From IMG/VR virus record IMGVR_UViG_3300030376_000060, positions 1 to 29,043 of that record: a stretch of 29,043 bases of DNA; one strand, 5' to 3'. A model generated the notes under the pieces. That model saw nothing but the letters and a program-made list of their open reading frames with translations, had not been told where the DNA came from and made no database searches. The DNA is from a virus (lineage: Duplodnaviria > Caudoviricetes). Position numbers and translations under genes: made by a program. Positions 1 to 7,364 of this stretch are shown piece by piece; positions within the stretch are counted from its first letter, which is position 1; every line of letters begins with the position of its first letter.

Positions 1-231
1 CATGCAAGTCTTGTTAAGTTAGAAAGACCTTTAATGCAGTATCCAAAGAATATAAAGCAGGGCGAAATGACACCACTAGCACAAGCTATGCCTGATGAAT
101 ACAAGCATGAAGACCCTATCATTGCCTATCGTAGATATGTTATTAACGAAAAGCATTATGCCAAGTGGGAGAAAGGCAGGTCAAAACCTAAGTGGTGGAA
201 TAAAGATTATGCAGAAGCACTTGCAATTTAA
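1..231 (+). CDS. Pyrimidine-dimer DNA glycosylase/endonuclease V-like (Pyr_excise) protein, C-terminal part, 5'-truncated
   Basis: Frame is open from base 1 (HASLVKLERPLMQYPKNI...). The C-terminal pattern P.NI...T..AQAMPDEYK..DPI.AYR.Y...K...A.W...R.KP.WW matches the marine-phage Pyr_excise-like family as I recall it. Confidence 0.7.
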   Translation, partial: HASLVKLERPLMQYPKNIKQGEMTPLAQAMPDEYKHEDPIIAYRRYVINEKHYAKWEKGRSKPKWWNKDYAEALAI

Positions 232-249
232 TTAAAAGTATGGTATAAT
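221..249 (+). promoter_or_regulatory. Sigma70-type promoter with extended -10 (TTGCAA-N17-TATAAT)
   Basis: TTGCAA at 221-226, 17-nt spacer, TG at 241-242, TATAAT at 244-249. Near-identical copy at 864-892. Confidence 0.85.
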
Positions 250-262
250 GGAGCACTAAATT

Positions 263-463
263 ATGAAAGCACAAAGAGATATATTTTATTCAACAACAAA
301 ACAAGTCACTGAAGATGAGTACTACAGGTTTGTAGATTATGTAAAAGATAACTACGAGGAATGGTATGAGTATAAAGTTTGTTATGAAGTTTCTAAAACT
401 AATGGCAACTACTTTGTGACATTGTATAATAATGAGATTGTCACTTTCAATGACATCTTTTAA
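263..463 (+). CDS. Hypothetical early protein (66 aa, Tyr/acid-rich)
   Basis: ORF directly downstream of a consensus promoter, in line with neighbouring genes. Confidence 0.7.
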   Translation: MKAQRDIFYSTTKQVTEDEYYRFVDYVKDNYEEWYEYKVCYEVSKTNGNYFVTLYNNEIVTFNDIF

Positions 464-568
464 TTGACATGGTAGCCCTCAACAAAACCTTCCTAACCAT
501 GTCAGTATGTCTTGCAAAAAGACAAGTGGCTAGGTAAAGCCTAGATTAAATTCGGGGTACTAGCCACT
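463..568 (+). ncRNA. Candidate structured RNA element with three consecutive hairpins
   Basis: Perfect inverted repeats: TGACATGGT 465-473/ACCATGTCA 496-504; TGTCTT 508-513/AAGACA 519-524; AGTGGCTAG 525-533/CTAGCCACT 560-568. Together they fill most of the intergenic gap. Confidence 0.55.
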
Positions 569-586
569 ATAATTTTCGGAGGGAAT

Positions 587-874
587 ATGAAAAAACAAAA
601 ACAACAAATAGACTACGGCATGTATGCAGAACGTTTAAACAACGTCATGCACTACAGTGCTCCAGACTATCAGTTTATTTTAGCTGATGAGAAGTATCAT
701 AATTATGCTACCTTAGTTATTGGTAGCAATCATTTAAGGGTAACTAAAAATGATACTGGATTATCAACTAAAGATTTAAAAGAACACATCATCAATGAGT
801 GGTTTGCCGAAGAGAACGAAATGACTAGGCAAAAAAATAATGCAAAGCGAAAAGAAAAAAGACTTGCAATTTAA
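587..874 (+). CDS. Hypothetical early protein (95 aa)
   Basis: GGAGGG SD upstream of the ATG; basic C-terminus. Confidence 0.75.
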   Translation: MKKQKQQIDYGMYAERLNNVMHYSAPDYQFILADEKYHNYATLVIGSNHLRVTKNDTGLSTKDLKEHIINEWFAEENEMTRQKNNAKRKEKRLAI

Positions 875-892
875 ATCTACTTATGGTATAAT
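864..892 (+). promoter_or_regulatory. Sigma70-type promoter with extended -10 driving the SSB/replication operon
   Basis: TTGCAA at 864-869, 17-nt spacer, TG at 884-885, TATAAT at 887-892. Confidence 0.85.
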
Positions 893-933
893 GTGCAAAG
901 TAATTAAAACAATTTATATATAGGAGTAAAAAT

Positions 934-1344
934 ATGTATGAGTATGTAGAAGGCGAGGCGATGTATCCACACATCACTACACCTAACACGAGGTTTCAAC
1001 CTCACAAGTATGTCATTACAGTTTTAACTGATGACAGCACAGCTTCTGAGTTAGAAGCAAAAGGTATCTCTCAAGTTAGAGATAGAAGTGGGCAACCTAA
1101 GTTTGATAAACCTGCCTTTTCTTTTAGTAGAAAAGTAGAAGTTGCGGGTCGTGTCAATGAAGCACCAAAGCTAATTGATAGTGACGGCAACCCCATGGAT
1201 GTTGCACTAGGTAATGGCTCTAAGGTTAAAGTAAAAATTAAACCTTACAGTAATGACTATGGAACTTTTGCTGAATTGATTGCAGTTAAAGTTGTAGAGT
1301 TAGTTGAGTACGCTGAACAATCAGCAGACAACGAGGAGTTTTAA
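934..1344 (+). CDS. ssb: Single-stranded DNA-binding protein, T7 gp2.5-like
   Basis: AGGAG SD; LGNGSKVKV and L.AVKVVELVEY motifs; acidic tail ending in Phe (DNEEF); lies upstream of the primase-helicase. Confidence 0.85.
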   Translation: MYEYVEGEAMYPHITTPNTRFQPHKYVITVLTDDSTASELEAKGISQVRDRSGQPKFDKPAFSFSRKVEVAGRVNEAPKLIDSDGNPMDVALGNGSKVKVKIKPYSNDYGTFAELIAVKVVELVEYAEQSADNEEF

Positions 1345-1345
1345 T

Positions 1346-1615
1346 ATGATTATTAATATTAAAAAAGATGATGGAGAAAACATTTATAATGTTAACGAGA
1401 TAGCTGATGAAGCCAAACAAGGCGAGGCTAGAGTTATCATTTCTAAAGTTGGAACTCTTGAAACTTTATCTGAAGCAGTTAACTTTGCAAGTGCTACACA
1501 TAGAGCTAATCTTGAAAAGCTTTTAGAAAGCTGTAGTGAAGCACTTATGGTTAAACCTATAGAAGAGGAAGTATCTGAAACTAAAATTATTACAGAAGAT
1601 ACTAAAGATAAATAA
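1346..1615 (+). CDS. Hypothetical protein (89 aa)
   Basis: Start re-called to ATG 1346 (MIINIKK) because GAGGAG lies upstream and the gene then abuts the ssb stop. Confidence 0.7.
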   Translation: MIINIKKDDGENIYNVNEIADEAKQGEARVIISKVGTLETLSEAVNFASATHRANLEKLLESCSEALMVKPIEEEVSETKIITEDTKDK

Positions 1616-1633
1616 TAATTAGTGAGGGCTAAT

Positions 1634-3298
1634 ATGACAAGCACTTGGGATAAGGTGCACCAACCGTGTCCGGTATGTAACAGTAGCGATGCAGTTGGTG
1701 TTAATGAAGATGGTTCAGCTAAATGTTTTAGTTGTGATACCTTCATGCCTAACTACGAACAAAGTTGCGAAGGAAATAATATGGAAGTACAAAAAGATAA
1801 TACGTTTAAACAACCTGACAATATTGAGGTAGGTTCTTTTTCAGCACTGACTGATAGGAAAATATCTAAAGATACTGCTCAGAAATATGGAGTTAAAGTT
1901 GTCCATGATTTACAAGGGAATGTAATTAAACACATGTATCCATTTTATAATGGGTATGAAATATCAGCTACTAAAACAAGAAGTGTTAAAGATAAGATAT
2001 TCTTTTGGCACGGCACTAAAGCAGAGACTGGATTGTTCGGTCAACAACTTTTTAAAGGTGGTAAGTATATTACTATTACCGAAGGAGAGTGTGATGCTAT
2101 GGCTGCCTATGAACTACTGGGTAGTAAGTGGGCAGTTGTGTCTATTAAAAGCGGAGCTTCTGGAGCAGTCAAAGATATTAAAGAAAGTTTAGAGTTCTTT
2201 GATGATTTTGAAAATGTTATTATCGCATTTGATAATGACAAAGCAGGTAAAGAAGCTTCGCAAAAAGTAGCTAGACTGTTTAAACCTAGCAAGGCTAAGA
2301 TACTTTCTTTACCCAATGGTTGGAAAGACCCTAACGATATGCTTAGAAGCAATAGGCATAAAGAGTTTGTCGAATCTTGGTGGGCATCTAAAGTTTATAC
2401 ACCATCTGGTGTTATAAATGTATCTGAACAAAGAGATAAGTTCCACAACAGAGAAAAGAAAACAAGCATACCTTATCCTTGGCAAGGACTTAATGAAAAA
2501 CTTTATGGTCTTAGACAGGGAGAACTTGTAACTCTTACAGGTGGTACAGGTCTTGGTAAGTCTTCGGTAACTAGAGAACTAGAACATCACTTAATAAAAA
2601 GCACAACAGATAATGTTGGAGTGATTGCTCTTGAAGAAGATTGGCGAAGGACTATCGATGGCATCTTATCTATTGAAGCTAACGCTAGACTTTACATAGA
2701 CCAAGAACGAGAGAACTTCAGTAAAGAAGAACTAGATAAATTCTTTGATGTTCTTTATGATGGAGACAATAAGAATAGAGTCTGGGTACACTCTCACTTT
2801 GGAACTAATGACATTGATGACATCTTTTCAAAACTAAGATATATGATTATCGGTTGTGAATGTAAATGGGTAGTAGTAGACCACTTACATATGTTAGTCA
2901 GTGCTGTCCATGAAGGCGATGAACGTAGAGCCATAGATTCTATTATGACAAAGCTTAGAAGTTTAGTAGAAGAAACCGGAGCAGGTATTGTTTTAGTTTC
3001 TCATCTTCGTAGAGTCGATGGTAACAAAGGACACGAGAACGGTATTGAAGTATCTTTATCTCATCTAAGAGGTTCAAATAGTATTGGACAATTATCAGAC
3101 TGTGTGATAGCACTAGAAAGAAATCAACAATCAGATGATATTGACGAAGCCAGAACTACTAAAATGAGAGTACTTAAATCTAGATATACTGGAGATGTAG
3201 GACTAGCTTCTCATTTACTTTATGATAAAGATACCGGCAGGTTATCAGAAGTTGACATGTCTGATATACAAGTTAACGAAGACGAACATGGATTTTAA
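1634..3298 (+). CDS. DNA primase-helicase, T7 gp4-like
   Basis: Zn finger CPVC...CFSC; TOPRIM motifs ITEGECDA and FDNDKAG; Walker A GGTGLGKS; VVDHLH; LRGSNSIGQLSD; LKSRYTG. ATG 1634 has a GAGGG SD. Confidence 0.97.
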   Translation: MTSTWDKVHQPCPVCNSSDAVGVNEDGSAKCFSCDTFMPNYEQSCEGNNMEVQKDNTFKQPDNIEVGSFSALTDRKISKDTAQKYGVKVVHDLQGNVIKHMYPFYNGYEISATKTRSVKDKIFFWHGTKAETGLFGQQLFKGGKYITITEGECDAMAAYELLGSKWAVVSIKSGASGAVKDIKESLEFFDDFENVIIAFDNDKAGKEASQKVARLFKPSKAKILSLPNGWKDPNDMLRSNRHKEFVESWWASKVYTPSGVINVSEQRDKFHNREKKTSIPYPWQGLNEKLYGLRQGELVTLTGGTGLGKSSVTRELEHHLIKSTTDNVGVIALEEDWRRTIDGILSIEANARLYIDQERENFSKEELDKFFDVLYDGDNKNRVWVHSHFGTNDIDDIFSKLRYMIIGCECKWVVVDHLHMLVSAVHEGDERRAIDSIMTKLRSLVEETGAGIVLVSHLRRVDGNKGHENGIEVSLSHLRGSNSIGQLSDCVIALERNQQSDDIDEARTTKMRVLKSRYTGDVGLASHLLYDKDTGRLSEVDMSDIQVNEDEHGF

Positions 3299-3300
3299 TT

Positions 3301-5031
3301 ATGGATTTAGTATTTGACATAGAAACAGACGATTTAAAAGCCACTAAGGTTTGGTGTATTGTTGCTCAAGATGTAGACACAAATGAAATATTTAAGTTCC
3401 CACCTAATAAACTTGATGACGGTGTAAAACTTTTACAATCTGCAGATAGATTAATAGGTCATAACATTATAGGTTTCGATGTACCAATGATTAAAAAGTT
3501 TTTTGATGTTGACTTAACTAATAAAGAACTTCTTGATACATTAGTTTTATCAAGGCTATTTAATCCTACTCGTGAAGGCGGACATTCGCTAGAAAAGTGG
3601 GGATACAAACTAGGCTTTAATAAGATTGAGTTTGAAGACTATCAAAACTATTCGTCAGACATGTTGAACTATTGTGTTCGTGATGTACAGCTTAATACTT
3701 TAGTTCTCAAAGAATTGAAGAAAGAAGCAAAAGGATTTTCAAAAGAGTCAGTATGTTTGGAACATGACATTGCTGACATAATGAAACGACAGGAGAAAGA
3801 TGGCTTTAAGTTTCACGAAATTAATGCCAATCTTTTATTAGCAGAACTTAGACAAGAGATGCAGTCTATTGAAGACGAAGTGCATGAAACATTTCAACCT
3901 AAGTGGGTAGACGATAAGTTAGTTACACCTTACATTAGAAAAGACGGAGTTCTTTCTAAGAGAGGACTTACTGACGAAGAGTATGAAAGATGTTTAAACA
4001 GTTCCGATTATAGACCGTTTATGAGACAGACTTTACAAGAGTTTAATCTTGGAAGTCGTAAACAGATTGGCGAATATCTTACTGACTTCGGTTGGAAGCC
4101 TGATAGGTTTACACCTACGGGTCAGCCTATTGTAGATGAGAAAACTTTATCAGAGATAACTCATATACATGAAGCTAATCTTATTGCTAAGTTTTTATTA
4201 CTGCAAAAAAGAATAGCACAAATAGAGTCGTGGCTTGAATCTCTTCAAGAAGATGGTAGAGTACATGGCTTTGTCATTCCTAACGGAGCTATAACCGGAA
4301 GGATGACACATAGGAATCCTAACTTAGCACAAGTTCCTAGTAGTTCTAGTCCGTATGGTAAAGAATGTAGGTCTTGTTGGATAGTAGAAGAAGGAAATAA
4401 ATTAGTAGGTATAGATGCTAGTGGCTTAGAATTAAGAATGTTAGCACACTATATGGATGACAAGGAGTTTATAAATGAAATCATTAACGGAGACATACAC
4501 ACCGCTAATCAAAAACTTGCAAAACTTAAATCAAGAGATAAGGCAAAGACTTTTATCTACGCCCTCATGTACGGAGCAGGAGATGAAAAACTTGGCAAAG
4601 TGGTTGGAGGAAATACATCTGATGGCAAAAGAGCTAGACAATATTTCTTTGATAATAAACCAGAATTTAAGTCTCTTAGAGATAGAGTTCAGAGAGCAGC
4701 AGCTAAGAAGTACCTCAAGGGTATAGACGGTAGAAAGCTTTACATTAGAAATAATCATGCAGCACTTAATACTTTATTGCAAGGAGCAGGTGCTATAGTT
4801 ATGAAGAAAGCATTATCTTTATTAGATAACAAACTAAAATTAAATACTATTGACTATAAGTTCGTTGCAAATATACATGACGAATGGCAAGTTGAAGTGA
4901 GGGAATCTCAGGCAGACTTTGTAGGACTTCGTGCAGTCGAAGCTATAACAGAAGCAGGAGAACATTTTAATCTTCGCTGTCCTTTAGATGGCGAATACAA
5001 GGTAGGAGACAACTGGAGTGAAACACATTAA
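3301..5031 (+). CDS. polA: DNA polymerase family A, T7 gp5-like, with 3'-5' exonuclease domain
   Basis: ExoI FDIET; ExoII GHNIIGFD; ExoIII YCVRDV; motif A DASGLELR; motif B RDKAKTFIYALMYG; motif C HDE. Confidence 0.97.
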   Translation: MDLVFDIETDDLKATKVWCIVAQDVDTNEIFKFPPNKLDDGVKLLQSADRLIGHNIIGFDVPMIKKFFDVDLTNKELLDTLVLSRLFNPTREGGHSLEKWGYKLGFNKIEFEDYQNYSSDMLNYCVRDVQLNTLVLKELKKEAKGFSKESVCLEHDIADIMKRQEKDGFKFHEINANLLLAELRQEMQSIEDEVHETFQPKWVDDKLVTPYIRKDGVLSKRGLTDEEYERCLNSSDYRPFMRQTLQEFNLGSRKQIGEYLTDFGWKPDRFTPTGQPIVDEKTLSEITHIHEANLIAKFLLLQKRIAQIESWLESLQEDGRVHGFVIPNGAITGRMTHRNPNLAQVPSSSSPYGKECRSCWIVEEGNKLVGIDASGLELRMLAHYMDDKEFINEIINGDIHTANQKLAKLKSRDKAKTFIYALMYGAGDEKLGKVVGGNTSDGKRARQYFFDNKPEFKSLRDRVQRAAAKKYLKGIDGRKLYIRNNHAALNTLLQGAGAIVMKKALSLLDNKLKLNTIDYKFVANIHDEWQVEVRESQADFVGLRAVEAITEAGEHFNLRCPLDGEYKVGDNWSETH

Positions 5032-5539
5032 TATAAAACCAAAAAACAAAGACATCAGAGCAGATGGAAAAATGTATGACGGAACTAGTTGGAGAAAGAG
5101 AGGTATTAACCATCATCTTAATGAAGACGGTTTAGTCTTTTATAAAAGAAAGTTTAGAACTATTGAAGGATACTTACAGCAAGGAGGCAACTTAACTAAA
5201 TTAGTATTTGGTAAGATAAAGAAACCACAAGCTATCAGTAAGATTGCTAAGATGCTATACAACAAAGAAGAAAGTGGAGACATATATATTATAAGTAACC
5301 CATCTTGGAAAGGTTGGATAAAGGTTGGCATGGCTATTGATGCTAAAGATAGATGCAAACAATACCAAACTTCTAGTCCTTTCAGAGATTATAAATTACA
5401 TTACAGTAGATTTTTTAGCGATAGAAAAGTTGCTGAGAAAAAAGCACATAAACTATTAAAGAAAAATTCTGAACAGAAAAAAGGAGAATGGTTTAAGATT
5501 ACTAAACAAGATGCTAAAAATATAATAGAAACAATATGA
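5018..5539 (+). CDS. T5orf172/MUG113 (GIY-YIG-like) domain protein, possible homing endonuclease
   Basis: GDIYIISNPSWKGWIKVG...DRCKQYQTSSPFRDY...EKKAH...GEWF is the T5orf172 signature. GTG start overlaps the end of polA. Confidence 0.8.
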   Translation: MKHINIKPKNKDIRADGKMYDGTSWRKRGINHHLNEDGLVFYKRKFRTIEGYLQQGGNLTKLVFGKIKKPQAISKIAKMLYNKEESGDIYIISNPSWKGWIKVGMAIDAKDRCKQYQTSSPFRDYKLHYSRFFSDRKVAEKKAHKLLKKNSEQKKGEWFKITKQDAKNIIETI

Positions 5540-6423
5540 AAAAATTAGATAACTTAGTAGAGGATATTTATTCTAAGCTTTCCGTTTTAGGAGAAGGTAA
5601 GTCTCTTGATGCTAGTCCTGAAGATATAGATGCTTTAGGAGAAAGTATTAAAGAAGTTCTACATCACTGGGCTAACCCGTCTCCAAGAAGTTCTGACATG
5701 TTAAGAATGTCTAACATTGGAAAACCTACTAGGCAACTATGGTATGATTTAAAATCAGAGAATGAATCTACTGAGTCTTTACCTCCTCCGGTGTTTATTA
5801 AGTTTTTATACGGACACCTGTTAGAGGAAGTATTATTATTTTTAGTAAAGATTTCTGGACACGAAGTAGATAACGAACAGAAAGAGGTTACTGTTTCAGG
5901 AATAAAAGGACACATGGACTGTACTATAGACGGAGAAGTAGTAGATGTTAAGACTGCTTCAGGCTTTGCTTTCAAGAAATTTAAAGACGGCACGTTAGCA
6001 GAGCAAGATACCTTCGGCTATCTTCCACAACTTGCAGGTTACGAAGAAGCTGAAGGTACAAACAAAGGAGGCTTCCTAGCCATGAATAAAGAAACAGGAG
6101 AGTTAGCTTTATTCAGACCGTCTGACTTTGATAAACCAAATATTAAAAAGAAAATAAGAGATGTTAAGAAAGCAATAAAGCTTGACAAGCCACCTCAAAG
6201 ATGTTATAATGCAGAACCAGAAGGCAGCTCTGGCAATATGAAACTTGCTAAAGGATGTGTATATTGCAGACATAAGTTTGAATGTCATTCAGATGCTAAC
6301 GATGGGCTAGGTCTAAGAGTATTTAAATATGCAAGAGGCTACACTTATTTAACACAAACACCAAAACCACCTAAAGTTATAGAGGTTACACATGAATGGC
6401 AGAAAAGCAAAAAGACTTCGTAA
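5536..6423 (+). CDS. PD-(D/E)XK (Cas4/RecB-like) exonuclease
   Basis: LRMSNIG; GHLLE; GHMD...VVDVKTAS; QLAGY; C-terminal Cys cluster C...CVYC...C. Confidence 0.85.
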   Translation: MKKLDNLVEDIYSKLSVLGEGKSLDASPEDIDALGESIKEVLHHWANPSPRSSDMLRMSNIGKPTRQLWYDLKSENESTESLPPPVFIKFLYGHLLEEVLLFLVKISGHEVDNEQKEVTVSGIKGHMDCTIDGEVVDVKTASGFAFKKFKDGTLAEQDTFGYLPQLAGYEEAEGTNKGGFLAMNKETGELALFRPSDFDKPNIKKKIRDVKKAIKLDKPPQRCYNAEPEGSSGNMKLAKGCVYCRHKFECHSDANDGLGLRVFKYARGYTYLTQTPKPPKVIEVTHEWQKSKKTS

Positions 6424-6646
6424 ACATTCTAAACAATTATTAATAAGATGGATTAGGTCTATGACTCCTGACGGAGAAGATGAGACTGAAATAAATGAAA
6501 AAAACTTAGAACAGTTTTTACCTGAACAGACACATATATTTGCTAACAATAAATTCATGGTTAGTGCTTATACACTTAGATGGTTTTATAAAAAGGTAAA
6601 AGAAAATCCTAATGCTACATTAGAGGAGATAATGAATGGCTCGTAG
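6392..6646 (+). CDS. Hypothetical protein (84 aa)
   Basis: GAGG SD; overlaps both neighbours as expected in a compact operon. Confidence 0.75.
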   Translation: MNGRKAKRLRKHSKQLLIRWIRSMTPDGEDETEINEKNLEQFLPEQTHIFANNKFMVSAYTLRWFYKKVKENPNATLEEIMNGS

Positions 6647-7085
6647 AAAACCTAGAAAGGTAAGACCTAAAGATAAAAATGCACCTAGAGGATACGATAG
6701 TTTATGGGAATATGAAATACATCAAAGACTGTTCGGAGACTGGTTACACCATTACGATACTATAAAATATAATGTTCCTAAAAAATATGAACCTGATTTT
6801 GTAAAAGTATTTGATGAAGATAAAGTTATTCTAATAGAAGCTAAAGGAAGATTCTGGGATTATGCAGAGTATAGTAAATATATACATGTCAGAGATGCGT
6901 TAGAAGATAATGCTGAACTGGTTTTCTTTTTTCAAAAACCTTTAGCACCTATGCCTCAGTCTAAAAAACGTAGAGACGGAACTAAAAGAACCCATGCTGA
7001 GTGGGCTGAAGCAAATAACTTTAGATGGTTTGATGAAGATACACTACCGGAGGAATGGAGAAATGACTCAACACAAAACAATTAA
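6636..7085 (+). CDS. Endonuclease I / Holliday junction resolvase, T7 gp3-like
   Basis: YDSLWE; YEPDF; IEAKGRF; T.AEWAEANNFRW. Confidence 0.88.
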   Translation: MARRKPRKVRPKDKNAPRGYDSLWEYEIHQRLFGDWLHHYDTIKYNVPKKYEPDFVKVFDEDKVILIEAKGRFWDYAEYSKYIHVRDALEDNAELVFFFQKPLAPMPQSKKRRDGTKRTHAEWAEANNFRWFDEDTLPEEWRNDSTQNN

Positions 7086-7359
7086 TGATATAATAATAGA
7101 ACAAGAAAGAGATATAGAACTAGAAAAAGAAAGAGACATGGTTAACAATCCTAAACATTATAACACAGGAGAGATTGAATGTATAGATGCTATTGACTCT
7201 ATGTTAACCTCAGAAGAGTTTATAGGATACTTACGAGGTAATTCTTTAAAGTACCGTTGGCGATTTAGATATAAAAACGGCACTGAAGATTTAAAGAAAG
7301 CAGAATGGTATGAAAAAAGACTATTAGAATTATTAGACAAAATAGAATATTACAGATAA
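7063..7359 (+). CDS. DUF3310 protein (T7 gp1.7 nucleotide kinase-like)
   Basis: VNNPKHY...IECIDAI...GNSLKYRWR...KNG.EDLKKA.WY. Start re-called to ATG 7063, which has GGAGG upstream. Confidence 0.85.
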   Translation: MTQHKTINDIIIEQERDIELEKERDMVNNPKHYNTGEIECIDAIDSMLTSEEFIGYLRGNSLKYRWRFRYKNGTEDLKKAEWYEKRLLELLDKIEYYR

Positions 7360-7364
7360 GAATT

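Noticed and set aside
463-568. tRNA or hammerhead ribozyme
   Set aside because: No cloverleaf or T-loop consensus, and no CUGAUGA/GAAA core within the structured region.
464-573. TTGACA (464-469), TTGCAA (512-517) and TATAAT (568-573) as additional promoters
   Set aside because: None has a good partner hexamer at 16-18 nt spacing; better explained as parts of the hairpins.
5536-6423. Cas4-like nuclease as evidence of a CRISPR system
   Set aside because: No repeat-spacer array or other cas genes; such nucleases are common in phage replication modules.
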